Program-made: the position numbers and the translations under genes
Virus record (IMG/VR): IMGVR_UViG_3300009124_000060
Span: 1 to 31,480 of that record
Reading direction: 5' to 3' (one strand)
Length of the DNA: 31,480 nucleotides
From: a virus
The notes under the pieces: generated by a model
Told to the model about the DNA's origin: nothing
Seen by the model: the letters and a program-made list of their open reading frames with translations, nothing else
The model's database searches: none
Shown: piece by piece, positions 22,580 to 31,480 of the stretch
Layout: each line of letters opens with the position of its first letter
Numbering within the stretch: position 1 is the first letter of the stretch

Positions 22580-24220
22580 CTATTCGTTCATAAAATGCAA
22601 AGCAACTAATAGCTGTTGTGCTTCCTTCATCTTCTCAGGCTTATCCTTATAGAACACTTCCAGCTCTCTATACGCATTTGTAAAAAGCTGGTCTCTCTTA
22701 TCTTTGGAGGTATCTTTGGGTGGATTGTATAGTGATAACACCATCTTGGTTGTTTCAGTTTTTTCTTCGGCATTTACCTTTGCACTTAAATCTTCTTCGG
22801 CTATTGCCATACCTGAAGAGATAGTATCGATAGCTGCGGAATCTCTTTTCTGCTGTCTAGTCTTATCCATAGTCACAGGCTGACCTTGAGGGGTACTTGG
22901 GGGTGCAGCTAGTTCATCAATAGACAAGCCCATAGCTTCAAATTCTTGTCTTCTTTGAGCATACGGATCAACAGGTTCTGGAGGTGGAGGAGGTACAGTT
23001 CTTCCCAACTGCTGTGCTTGTGCAAACGGAAGTGGTTGCCCTACGTCCATAGAGCCTGCAGGTTGTTGTAGCAAGTCCATTGGAGCTGGGCCAGCAGTAG
23101 GTTCCATAATAGCAGGAGAATCTTCTAGAGGTGTAGGTTCTAGTGCAGGAGAAAAACTTCCTAAAGGTTCTGTTCTCATAGAGACATCACCTCTCATTTG
23201 TTCTCTGAGGTCATATTCTTCAGGCTTCATACCAGTAGCAAAGAATTCTTGTGCCTGACCTTGGCTAAGTCTTGGAGGCATAGAACCCTTTGGTTCTTCC
23301 AAGAAAGACATTAAGTATTCTCTTTGTCCAGCCTGTGATCCCATATCAAAGTCAGTACGCGTAGGTGGGGGAGCAGGTGCACCACGCAGTCTAGCCCCTT
23401 CCATTCTAGTTCTACCAGTGAGATCCATAGTAGGAGCAGGACCGAAGTCTGGTGCTGTTGGTCTTTGGGTTTCAGCAACTTCTAAAGTAGAAATCTTTGT
23501 AGTGGTTTCACCTAGCAAATCTTCTAATCTTTTTATTTCTGCATCTCTAGCAGCCTTGGCTTCTTTCGACAACTTCTTTTGTCTACCAGAACCAGAAGAA
23601 GATCTTGTGGTTTCTATTGTTCTACCAGCAAAAGGTGTGTATCCTTCACCTTCAAGTTTCTCAATACCTGTGCCAAGTTTAGTAGAGATTTCTCCCTGTG
23701 CTGTTTTCTGTCCTTCCAATTGCTGTCTTCTAGCAGGGGGAAGTGTAGGATCTTTTAATTTATCATCAATAGCTTGGATAAGTCTGTCAGATTCACCTTT
23801 ATCTTTGGTAGCTCTGTCCAGTTCTCTTTGCTTTGGATCTAACTTTGTAGTTGTTGAAGAACCTCCACCGCCACCACCAACAGTAGTAGTACCTGCTTCG
23901 ATCTTCATCTTAGTAAGATCTCTATTTGTTTTTTCTCTTAATCTTGTCAGGTCTTGAATCTGATCAAGTCTTATTTTTTCTTGTTGTTGTGCAAGTCTAA
24001 GTTCATCTTCGTATGTAGCTAACCCTTGTCTTACCTTAAGTTCGTAAGCCTTCATATCGGACTGTAACTGCAATTTGGCTGCTTCTTGAGCCATCTGCAG
24101 TTGTTTGTACTTTGCTTGAGAAACAGTTTGTGCAAACTGCTGTCCCAAAGTCATAGGGTCTACGTTCCCTTTAATAACATACACCGTACCTGGTGCACCT
24201 TTAACGCCTTGTATAGCCAT
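22580..24220 (-). CDS. Internal-virion-like protein with low-complexity Gly and Pro tracts (gp15 position).
   Basis: 546 aa with an N-terminal coiled coil, a GGGGGGSSTTT tract and a Pro-rich middle section (PPPPPEP). Confidence 0.45.
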   Translation of the reverse strand: MAIQGVKGAPGTVYVIKGNVDPMTLGQQFAQTVSQAKYKQLQMAQEAAKLQLQSDMKAYELKVRQGLATYEDELRLAQQQEKIRLDQIQDLTRLREKTNRDLTKMKIEAGTTTVGGGGGGSSTTTKLDPKQRELDRATKDKGESDRLIQAIDDKLKDPTLPPARRQQLEGQKTAQGEISTKLGTGIEKLEGEGYTPFAGRTIETTRSSSGSGRQKKLSKEAKAARDAEIKRLEDLLGETTTKISTLEVAETQRPTAPDFGPAPTMDLTGRTRMEGARLRGAPAPPPTRTDFDMGSQAGQREYLMSFLEEPKGSMPPRLSQGQAQEFFATGMKPEEYDLREQMRGDVSMRTEPLGSFSPALEPTPLEDSPAIMEPTAGPAPMDLLQQPAGSMDVGQPLPFAQAQQLGRTVPPPPPEPVDPYAQRRQEFEAMGLSIDELAAPPSTPQGQPVTMDKTRQQKRDSAAIDTISSGMAIAEEDLSAKVNAEEKTETTKMVLSLYNPPKDTSKDKRDQLFTNAYRELEVFYKDKPEKMKEAQQLLVALHFMNE

Positions 24221-24226
24221 AGTTCT

Positions 24227-24874
24227 CTACCTCACTAGCATAAAATAATTTAACATTTCAGTTTGGCCTGATTGCATCATCTTCTGCTGAATCTTCTGAG
24301 CATCATCCAAAGGAATGTTGTATTGCTGAGATATCATCTGTGCATAATTTGGAGAACCAAACCCACCGTAAAGACCTTGAGATGGAGCCATAGATGCTAC
24401 AGCGGCTTGTGAACCTGCAACAAAAGGAGAAGCTAGAGCTTCTCTTCTAAGCATTTGCTGTTCTGATAAGGCAGCTTCCATATCTCTTAGCATTTGTTCT
24501 TCTTGTTGCTTTTTCAAAAGATTTTGCTCGGCTATTCTTCTATCTGCTTCTGCAGCCATACGATCTGCAGATTCTTGTTGAAGGGTATCTTGAAGTAGTT
24601 GTTGACCACCTTGTACCATACCACCACCAGCCATAATCTGTTTACGCTGTTGTTCTGCTAAAGCTTGCGTCTGAGAAGTCTTAGCTTGCATTTGACCTTC
24701 CATTACACGCCTTTCTTCAGGTGTAAGTCCAAGCAATCCAAGTTCTTCTCTGCGTTGCAGTTTCTTATAATCTTTTTTTAATTCTTTCTCTGCCAAGGTA
24801 GGAACCACTTGAGGTATAGCACCAATAGCTGAACCACCTGCTGCAATTAATGCCGACAATGTTATAGGATCCAT
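24227..24874 (-). CDS. Gln/Met-rich internal-virion-like protein with an N-terminal hydrophobic segment (gp14 position).
   Basis: 215 aa. MDPITLSALIAAGGSAIGAIPQVV is followed by Q/E/M-rich helices. Confidence 0.4.
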   Translation of the reverse strand: MDPITLSALIAAGGSAIGAIPQVVPTLAEKELKKDYKKLQRREELGLLGLTPEERRVMEGQMQAKTSQTQALAEQQRKQIMAGGGMVQGGQQLLQDTLQQESADRMAAEADRRIAEQNLLKKQQEEQMLRDMEAALSEQQMLRREALASPFVAGSQAAVASMAPSQGLYGGFGSPNYAQMISQQYNIPLDDAQKIQQKMMQSGQTEMLNYFMLVR

Positions 24875-24916
24875 AATTCATCTCCTGTCATAAATACTGA
24901 TTTGTAAAGGGTTATA

Positions 24917-24970
24917 CCAATAGGGTAACTTAGGGAAGAGCTACTAGAGAGGGACCTCCCCAAGAGGTCC
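24917..24970 (+). promoter_or_regulatory. Motif A, copy S3, inverted relative to S1 and S2: CCAATAGGGTAACTTAGGGAAG (24917-24938), a 17-nt spacer from the 18-nt core, then the hairpin GGACCTC/GAGGTCC (24952-24970).
   Basis: The exact 18-nt core reads on the plus strand here. Both flanking genes are on the minus strand, and no plus-strand ORF lies downstream. Confidence 0.6.
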
Positions 24971-24973
24971 TGA

Positions 24974-25696
24974 CTATACATAGAAGACCTCTGCTGTCAT
25001 AGACTTAACAGAACAATAAGCTACTTCATTATGAGGATCTACTGAAGCTGTAAAGTTATAAGTTCCTGCATCTAAGGTTACAGATACTGTTGTCATAATA
25101 GATCTATAAGATGCCATCTGATCTCCAGCCCAAGGATCTAAAGTATCTGACGTAGAACCTGCTGGATCAAATGCGTAGTTGTCTGTAACATTACCTAGAA
25201 AGAATCTCTTGCTATCTACCCCTCTGGTATAAGTAATAATAATTTCATTTTGCCAAAGACCATTACCAGGTCCTTTTGAGGAAGTGGGAGCTTCATTTCC
25301 TTGTACATAATAGTGAAGATACATTGTAAGTAGACACTTTGCTCCGTCTTGCTTTACGTGTACCCTGCATCCTGAATTTGTGATGTCTTGCCAATCTTTT
25401 ACCAGCGGATCTGTCTGAGAATTATTTTTAGTTGTAGAAGTTTGGTATGACCTGTTGGTGTAATTGGCTAGCTCTGCAGAACCTACTACTTCTCCAGTTT
25501 CAAAAGAATAAGCACCCTCTAGTGGAGAGAACCTACCCAAAGCTATATCTGACTTATCTAAGGACAAACCATCAATATCTCCAGCTACAATCTCTTGGTT
25601 AAGGAAATCTTTTAAAGATTCTTCATTGTTTTGCAGATGCTGCGTTCTTAATTCGCTAGTATCTGTATATTGATTTGGTTGTGTATATGTAGACAT
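24974..25696 (-). CDS. Beta-rich tail-associated protein, third of a tandem trio.
   Basis: 240 aa, S/T/N/Y-rich. Its start overlaps the upstream stop. Confidence 0.4.
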   Translation of the reverse strand: MSTYTQPNQYTDTSELRTQHLQNNEESLKDFLNQEIVAGDIDGLSLDKSDIALGRFSPLEGAYSFETGEVVGSAELANYTNRSYQTSTTKNNSQTDPLVKDWQDITNSGCRVHVKQDGAKCLLTMYLHYYVQGNEAPTSSKGPGNGLWQNEIIITYTRGVDSKRFFLGNVTDNYAFDPAGSTSDTLDPWAGDQMASYRSIMTTVSVTLDAGTYNFTASVDPHNEVAYCSVKSMTAEVFYV

Positions 25697-26355
25697 TATG
25701 ACCTCGCTAGTACAACATTTATATTGTATCTTGTTACTTCTACAGACTGATGACTAGCGTCACCGATAACCGCTTGCAGTTCTACCCTCTCTACAGTATC
25801 GAGAGGAGAAATTAAAATTAATTCTGTACCAGAACAAGATCTCCACTGGATACCATCGGTATTGATAGCAGATGAATCAGTTTCTATCGACCTGTTAGAA
25901 AAAGAATAAATTCCTGGAGCTATATATTCTGTACCCAAAGTTGTTGTTACCTTAATTCTAAAGCCATAATCAAACCCTGCTTGTACGTCATTACCTGGAT
26001 CGGTAAAGCTAAGTTCTCCTACTAGAAGATCCCAGTGTACCCTTAGTAACGATGTATTCACTGCCTGCTTATCTATGTCGATGTACGCTTGTTCTCCACC
26101 ATTCATAGATATGGTTTGCCAAGTCTCAGAGGTACAAACATAAGATGCAGAAGTTTCAAATCTTTGAAAATTAAATAATCTGTTCATTGGTTCTTCAGAG
26201 CCTACATCTCTATCGAAGTGTTCTCTTGTAGCCCAATTAGCATCAGTGTTTTCACCGTCTATATCCATATTCTCTACAGCAACATAAACTTCGTTTAGCT
26301 CTGTAGCAGTAGGTGCATCACCTTCTTTAAAATGTTTTCCGTTTACTTTTCCCAT
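25696..26355 (-). CDS. Beta-rich tail-associated protein, second of the trio.
   Basis: 219 aa. The N-terminus APTATELNEVYVAVENMDIDGEN resembles the N-termini of its two neighbours. Confidence 0.4.
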   Translation of the reverse strand: MGKVNGKHFKEGDAPTATELNEVYVAVENMDIDGENTDANWATREHFDRDVGSEEPMNRLFNFQRFETSASYVCTSETWQTISMNGGEQAYIDIDKQAVNTSLLRVHWDLLVGELSFTDPGNDVQAGFDYGFRIKVTTTLGTEYIAPGIYSFSNRSIETDSSAINTDGIQWRSCSGTELILISPLDTVERVELQAVIGDASHQSVEVTRYNINVVLARS

Positions 26356-26361
26356 AGTTCC

Positions 26362-27093
26362 CTACCTATATGTATTTCTTGCCCAGATACCAGCAGACCA
26401 CAGCTCTAAAGGTGTGGTTGGATTATCTGTGTATGATGGTGTGTTAAGGGCATTTGATGTAATAGATTTCCAGCGAATATCTATCCTTACTTTCTGACTA
26501 CCAACAGGAATAGAAAAAGGAATTACTAAATTTTCTCCTCTTGGATAGCATTCTCCAGATTCTGCTACAAGAACATCATTTACAAATACACCCCATCTAG
26601 TCCACCAGTCATAGCCTGTTTCAGCGTGTAGCGTTGTTTCTCCAGAAATATAGGTCACTACATTGATACCGTGCCTAAAGTTTATTCTCGCACATCCTGA
26701 CAACATTCCCTCAACCATTTGATCTTGGATAAAGATATCGTCAAACTGCCCTATTGCTTCTAGCTTGTTCCAGTTCTTTCCCCAATTATAAGTTTTTAAA
26801 TCTAAATCAATGATGGTATCGTGCCAAGTTGTATCGGAATCTAAGTTCTGATACTTAGTGCTTTCATAGTAAGTTTGCGTAGCTGCTTCCCACTTAAACT
26901 TTTTTACATCTCCAGCGGAGAGATCTGTGATTGTTACTGGCTCAAACTTCTTAAAGCTAAGAGAATCTACAGGCAGATTAGTAGAATCTAAGCCGCCATT
27001 AAGCTCTCCTGCATAGTGTTCAACATTCTCATTGAATGTTTCGGGTACAACTTGTGTGTAGTCCCACTGTAGTTTTTTAGGAAATTTCTTCAT
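26362..27093 (-). CDS. Beta-rich tail-associated protein, first of the trio.
   Basis: 243 aa, Trp/Tyr-rich. Its start overlaps the upstream stop (ATGA). Confidence 0.4.
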   Translation of the reverse strand: MKKFPKKLQWDYTQVVPETFNENVEHYAGELNGGLDSTNLPVDSLSFKKFEPVTITDLSAGDVKKFKWEAATQTYYESTKYQNLDSDTTWHDTIIDLDLKTYNWGKNWNKLEAIGQFDDIFIQDQMVEGMLSGCARINFRHGINVVTYISGETTLHAETGYDWWTRWGVFVNDVLVAESGECYPRGENLVIPFSIPVGSQKVRIDIRWKSITSNALNTPSYTDNPTTPLELWSAGIWARNTYR

Positions 27094-29324
27094 CTTGGTG
27101 ATCCTGCGTTTAGATTGATCGACTGGTTCAGCGGCTTGATAGCTTCAGAAGAAGTAGTTAGACGGTAAGAAACCACGGTAAATGGATCTAGTATCTCGCC
27201 TAGCAACTTGAACTTAAACGAACCTACAAGTCCTGTGTTTACGTCAAATCTTAAAGTAATTTTTCTGTGACCGTGTATCAGGCTTTCACCTACAATAAAA
27301 GGATTGTTGGTAACACCATTGGCCCCTGCAGGGCCGACAGATACGGGCGGTTCTTCTTTAGTAAAAACATAATCTGAATAAGCTTGCTTTTGAGGTTTGG
27401 TTTCGTTGTCTGTTAGAAAGTGATCTGCATACCAAGCTACTTTCATCTCTACATCACCCCAAGCTATGATGTCAACTTCTACAGAAAACACCCTTACCTT
27501 TGCTCCTTCGAATTCTATCCAAGAAGATTCCCAAGACTTTTTAGTAGAGAGAACTTGAGCAACTTGGTAAGTAATTGTTCCATCGACATTACTAGTGATG
27601 GTAGCTGTTTGACCGTGGAAATGAGAAGCACACCAAACGTGTAGAGGTCCGAACAGGGTAGTTCTAGAATCTATATTATTATCATCTGTCCAGTTAGGAG
27701 AAGATCCAACAATAAATCTACCAACCTCATCTACACCTAGTCTGTTAAAGGTCCATAGGTTGTCGTTAATGGGGTTTAAAGCCTTTCTAAAAGAGAACTG
27801 GGGTTCTTGCATATCCGTATGAATTACAATCCCTCTAGAAGGAACTGTGGAATAGTCAGCAGGGTAATGAATCCAAAGTTCTTTTTCTACATCAGAATAA
27901 GCAGATGTTACCCTTGCTATGCTTGCATCGTTACAAGTCTTCCATTCTTCGTTTACAGCATCAGATATTTTTTTAATTTCTATTCTAGAGCCACCATCAA
28001 ATCCACCTGTTAAGGAATAGATACCATCAACAGTAACAAAAGTAAGTCCAAGTCTAGGTACAAACTGTATAGCATTTGAAGCAACAGTACCAATAGAAGT
28101 CGATACTGTAGAGAATGTATAGCCGCCAGATCCATTCGGTCTTACAATGTTAACAGCATTCTCTCTAAATATAATTAGATTATTATAGTAAGCCTTTATC
28201 TGCGTAACCTTACCACCTACTGTATTACCTAGATCAAAGTAAGAAGTAGCTGCAAATTGCTCAGGTATTCCCTTATCAGAATAGATTACTGTGTCTCCCT
28301 TAGCTAACCAAACACGCCCATCCCAGTTTTCACCGTAAGCATAATCAGAGCGAATCATCGATGATGCCGTAGCACTGGGAGCTAGAGAGACTAGGAAGGT
28401 GTCGCCCATATAGTCAATGTACATCTCAGAAGAATTTTCTTTTATTTCTTTTAGAAAGAAGAATTCACCTGTCGTGTCTTTGCTGTCTTTCATATTCTTT
28501 GTTCTGTACAATCTACGAGCAACACAACCTTCGGGAGCAAAAGGTAGTTCTAGATAAATTCCATATTTATATTCTGCAGTTCCAGAATTATCAGGGACCC
28601 TCCACACTTCGTACCAAGGGGAGCTGAGAGGCGATTCAGCACCGTCTTCAGTGATCCAAGACATTCTATAGCCGTACTGGTTTAAAGTGTGGTCAATGTC
28701 CCCTAAGCCAAGCGTAGAGCTAGTACTAAACCAAGGTGCACCTGTACCATATTCTAGTTCTTCTCCTTGCTGGTAGTTAGCTTGAACATTTGCAGGAAAA
28801 ATATCTGGTGCAGGGAAAGTAAAAGAAAAATCTCTCCAGTTACCGTTACCACCAAACCAGATAGGTTTGTCATAGCCGTTGATAATAAGTAGCTTAGATC
28901 CGTAAGGAATATATTGTGTACCTGCTTCACCTGCTTTTGGTATATGTCTCTTATCATCTACAGTGTGTATATCGTTCTCATAGTATGTACCTGTGTAAGA
29001 AGTACCTTGTCCTTTGTTTCCAAAGAAATAATATAAGGTCCCTGCTTGCTCAACAAAGATGTAAACTTCTCCAGAACCAGGTCTTTTCCAAAAATAAAAA
29101 GAATCTACTTTCTCGTCGAAGTAGAAGGCAGGTGTAGCTGTTGGCTTTACAAAGTTATTAGGAAATTTCCAGTAAGGCTGTAATGACCTGTCAGAGATCC
29201 AAGCACCTAAGTTAGAATCAAATCTTAAATCTACAATCTCAGAAGCATACTGGGGTGTAGCGGATAAAGATCCGTTAACACCTAATGCTGTTATTGTTTT
29301 TGTCTTCGCACCCTTGATAGCCAT
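27090..29324 (-). CDS. Large tail protein, candidate nozzle / tail tubular protein B analogue.
   Basis: 744 aa, beta-rich. It is the second gene after the capsid/decoration genes, as T7 gp12 is. The call rests on position and size only. Confidence 0.4.
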   Translation of the reverse strand: MAIKGAKTKTITALGVNGSLSATPQYASEIVDLRFDSNLGAWISDRSLQPYWKFPNNFVKPTATPAFYFDEKVDSFYFWKRPGSGEVYIFVEQAGTLYYFFGNKGQGTSYTGTYYENDIHTVDDKRHIPKAGEAGTQYIPYGSKLLIINGYDKPIWFGGNGNWRDFSFTFPAPDIFPANVQANYQQGEELEYGTGAPWFSTSSTLGLGDIDHTLNQYGYRMSWITEDGAESPLSSPWYEVWRVPDNSGTAEYKYGIYLELPFAPEGCVARRLYRTKNMKDSKDTTGEFFFLKEIKENSSEMYIDYMGDTFLVSLAPSATASSMIRSDYAYGENWDGRVWLAKGDTVIYSDKGIPEQFAATSYFDLGNTVGGKVTQIKAYYNNLIIFRENAVNIVRPNGSGGYTFSTVSTSIGTVASNAIQFVPRLGLTFVTVDGIYSLTGGFDGGSRIEIKKISDAVNEEWKTCNDASIARVTSAYSDVEKELWIHYPADYSTVPSRGIVIHTDMQEPQFSFRKALNPINDNLWTFNRLGVDEVGRFIVGSSPNWTDDNNIDSRTTLFGPLHVWCASHFHGQTATITSNVDGTITYQVAQVLSTKKSWESSWIEFEGAKVRVFSVEVDIIAWGDVEMKVAWYADHFLTDNETKPQKQAYSDYVFTKEEPPVSVGPAGANGVTNNPFIVGESLIHGHRKITLRFDVNTGLVGSFKFKLLGEILDPFTVVSYRLTTSSEAIKPLNQSINLNAGSPR

Positions 29325-29326
29325 AA

Positions 29327-30820
29327 TTACCCTCTATAGTGTAGATTCGAAATATCAAAGCGAGCAGAGCGTTGTCCCATAGAAAACTGTCCTCTCTGTA
29401 CTTGGAAGTCAATCTTATCTACATATCTTTTCTCTAAACCTTTCACTTCGGTTTCGTATTTCTTTTCATAAATCCTAGCCATATCAATCTGACCTAGCTT
29501 TAGATAGATATCTTCTAGAGCCTTGTAGACAATAAGCTGATGGAATTCAACAGGCATATCAGGTACATCTGTTCCTAGAAGAAGATCTTGTGGTTTCTTC
29601 ATATAACGCATAATGCCCTGTCTTACGTAGTTGTGGAACTGTGTAATAATAGCAAAGTCTGTTTTCCTAGGTAGCTCAATGTCATATCCATTTACACGAG
29701 GATAAAAACGAATTTGTTGGTGCAACCCATCTCTTTCAATATATCTTTCATTTCCAGAATCCAACTGGGTTATGTCATCGATTGTAACCTCAAAGTCTTC
29801 ATCAGATACAAGCAAAGGCTCTAAGTAAGTGTTTGTACCCCTAGAACCACCTTTCGTTACTTGCACCCAACAGTGTAGACCTTTGTGTTCTCCAGTCTTT
29901 CTGTCTAGATTTTTATTAAAGAATATAACCTTACGATAACCTTCCCACTGTGTAGGTGTCTTGTCGTTTGCATAGAAACCGTCAGAGAATATCTCTTCAT
30001 CATTCCAAGACATAAATTTTAAAATTACAGATCCGTTGTTACCGTGTGTGTGTACCTGTGAAGGTTCTGATAAAGGCCCAATCTTACCGTCCTTAACAAA
30101 CGCATAACAGAATTCCCAGTAGGTATTGTTTGGTAGCGTACCAGTCTCACCGTCTCTAATCTCTAATCTTTCTGCAGGTTTAATCTGTACCGTAGGACTG
30201 TTGATGTAAGCCTCTGCGTAAGGCTGATCGTAGTCTACACGCATATTAAGGCGTTCTTCCATTGAAGGAAGAATAGCCGAAGATTTACCGTATGGATTAG
30301 ACATACCAGATACTGTTGTGTATGGGTAATCTCTGTGTCCTACATAAAGCAATTCAGAGCAGTCTTGTGGTAAGTCATAGTATCTTTTTTTAATTTTCCA
30401 AGCAGTAGAATCTGTGAGGTCTTCGCCTCTGTATTCTTCTGTTAGCTGTATGTTTCCGCTGACATCGATATAGTTGATGATGTATTCTTGGTTGTTCAGC
30501 TCAATTATAGCTCCTTCCCATACATCTCTTTGAGAGACAAGGCGGTCTACAAAAGTAAAGAATACAACTTTTCTTGATCCAGATGCGATGGTGATGGTTT
30601 TCTCTGCACCAAGGGGCATACCTTCGTTATCTCTTGCAGGTGTAATATCTGGATAAAAATCAAAGATAGCTAGCTTTGTTGTGAAGTTCCAACGCTTTTT
30701 AGTATAGATAGAATAGTAAGCGTCGTTGATAAGATCATCTAGCTGTTCATTGTACTGTTGCAGCTCTGGGCTGTAGTCAGTAATGTTTTTAATTTTCTGG
30801 CGTAATGCAGTTAGGTTCAT
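29327..30820 (-). CDS. Candidate head-tail adaptor / tail tubular protein A analogue.
   Basis: 497 aa. It is the first gene after the capsid/decoration terminator. The call rests on position only. Confidence 0.3.
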   Translation of the reverse strand: MNLTALRQKIKNITDYSPELQQYNEQLDDLINDAYYSIYTKKRWNFTTKLAIFDFYPDITPARDNEGMPLGAEKTITIASGSRKVVFFTFVDRLVSQRDVWEGAIIELNNQEYIINYIDVSGNIQLTEEYRGEDLTDSTAWKIKKRYYDLPQDCSELLYVGHRDYPYTTVSGMSNPYGKSSAILPSMEERLNMRVDYDQPYAEAYINSPTVQIKPAERLEIRDGETGTLPNNTYWEFCYAFVKDGKIGPLSEPSQVHTHGNNGSVILKFMSWNDEEIFSDGFYANDKTPTQWEGYRKVIFFNKNLDRKTGEHKGLHCWVQVTKGGSRGTNTYLEPLLVSDEDFEVTIDDITQLDSGNERYIERDGLHQQIRFYPRVNGYDIELPRKTDFAIITQFHNYVRQGIMRYMKKPQDLLLGTDVPDMPVEFHQLIVYKALEDIYLKLGQIDMARIYEKKYETEVKGLEKRYVDKIDFQVQRGQFSMGQRSARFDISNLHYRG

Positions 30821-30830
30821 AGCAGGATCC

Positions 30831-30856
30831 TCCCTATATATAATAAAAAGTAAAAG
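30831..30856 (-). promoter_or_regulatory. Motif B, copy 2: CTTTTACTTTTTATTATATATAGGGA, upstream of the adaptor-like gene.
   Basis: Near-identical to 5955-5981. It partly overlaps the T-tract of the terminator at 30845-30883. Confidence 0.45.
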
Positions 30857-30883
30857 GGGCGGCAGCGAATGCCACCAGCCCCC
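30845..30883 (-). terminator. Probable intrinsic terminator after the decoration gene.
   Basis: A GC-rich stem, GGGGC...GCCCC, encloses an inner GGCA-GCGAA-TGCC hairpin. On the minus strand it is followed by TTTTACTTTTT. Confidence 0.45.
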
Positions 30884-30913
30884 TTATTGAAGAACTACGT
30901 TATAGTAATTTAA

Positions 30914-31363
30914 TTAGAAGTTCTTACAAACGTAAACTGAAATGCTCTCAGCAGTAGTCGAAGCAGCCAAAGCAACAGCAGCGTAAGGCGTAATGTTAGC
31001 ACCTGTAGCATCTGTTTTAGCAGCACCTACACCAGCAGCAGCAGAAGGAAACAGAGCGTCTCCTACAGCGATGTTTACCGAAGTACCATCTACTTTCATA
31101 TCTACTACACCTTTGATGCAAACACGAACCTTTCCGCCTTCATCAGCAGCAGCCAAAGCTACACCGATAGGGCAAGCATCAGTAGCATCACATTCTTTTA
31201 CGAAAAGCATTTGATCAGCAGCATCAGTTTGGCTCAAGTCCAAAGCAACCAACGCACCTTCAGCAATAGCTTCACCAGCCAAGAATGATTCAGTTTGATT
31301 TCTGTTAGAGGTATCAACCCCAGAACCAGATTCTAAATAATTAATTAATGTATTTGTTGACAT
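30914..31363 (-). CDS. Head decoration / cement-like protein (DUF2190-like pattern).
   Basis: 149 aa, Ala/Gly/Val-rich, with GEAIAEGALVAL...PIGVALAAADEGGKVRVCIKGVV...IAVGDALFPS. It starts 12 nt after the capsid stop. Confidence 0.5.
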   Translation of the reverse strand: MSTNTLINYLESGSGVDTSNRNQTESFLAGEAIAEGALVALDLSQTDAADQMLFVKECDATDACPIGVALAAADEGGKVRVCIKGVVDMKVDGTSVNIAVGDALFPSAAAGVGAAKTDATGANITPYAAVALAASTTAESISVYVCKNF

Positions 31364-31375
31364 AATAACCCCCTA

Positions 31376-31480
31376 TTAGTAAGTGTCTGCATTGAATAGA
31401 ACGCCACAAGAACCCAAGTGGTCAGCAATCAACTGCATCTTAACGTACAACTGAGCAGCTCTAGCAGTAGAACCAGATAC
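31376..31480 (-). CDS. 3' end of the major capsid gene. 31404-31480 duplicates 1-77. The unique tail at 31376-31403 encodes ...GVLFNADTY followed by a stop.
   Basis: The frame carries over from position 1: ...TCT TGT GG|C GTT CTA TTC AAT GCA GAC ACT TAC TAA, with the TAA at 31376-31378. Confidence 0.75.
   Translation of the reverse strand, partial: VSGSTARAAQLYVKMQLIADHLGSCGVLFNADTY
31404..31480. repeat. Terminal direct repeat, copy 2, identical to 1-77.
   Basis: Exact 77-nt identity with the window start. Confidence 0.95.

Noticed and set aside
23418-23957. A 179-aa plus-strand ORF opposite the 546-aa gene.
   Set aside because: It is an antisense shadow of the Gly/Pro low-complexity region (its PPPPPP reads GGGGGG on the coding strand). 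It has no SD.
1-31480. Lysogeny module, CRISPR array, alternative genetic code or stop-codon reassignment.
   Set aside because: No integrase-like, repressor-like or recombinase-like ORF and no spaced direct-repeat array were seen. Long uninterrupted ORFs with standard stops argue against recoding, and the tRNA anticodon is not a suppressor.

Overview
The window is a complete phage genome of about 31.4 kb. The first 77 nt (1-77) are identical to the last 77 nt (31404-31480). The contig therefore closes into a 31,403-bp circle, or the genome is terminally redundant, and the major capsid gene runs across the junction. About 90% of the coding sequence is on the minus strand, with strong Shine-Dalgarno sites and frequent ATGA/TAATG start-stop overlaps. 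Gene order reads like a T7-type podovirus morphogenesis module. Going from high to low coordinates it is: small and large terminase, portal, acidic scaffold-like proteins, an amidase endolysin, major capsid (wraps), a decoration-like protein, two large tail-tube-like proteins, three small beta-rich proteins, three internal-virion-like proteins (215, 546 and 2492 aa), and a fiber. A small early/replication block (about 7.9-13.1 kb) holds a sigma-region-4-like protein, an atypical tRNA, a 423-aa exonuclease-less protein with degenerate family A polymerase motifs, an HNH homing endonuclease, a RusA-like resolvase, a PD-(D/E)xK-like nuclease and a very acidic 127-aa protein. I found no integrase, CRISPR array, helicase, primase or full-size RNA polymerase. 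The most interesting signals lie in the non-coding DNA. First, an 18-nt motif, CCAATAGGGTAACTTAGG, occurs three times with exact identity. Each copy is followed 15-17 nt later by a 7-bp GC hairpin whose stem sequence differs but still pairs. The motif looks like a T7/K11-type single-subunit RNAP promoter, and one copy is inverted relative to all nearby genes. Second, there are two further families of conserved intergenic motifs. Third, there is a promoter-terminator pair that brackets a roughly 90-nt non-coding transcript. All functional calls come from reading motifs by eye and need profile or structure searches to confirm.
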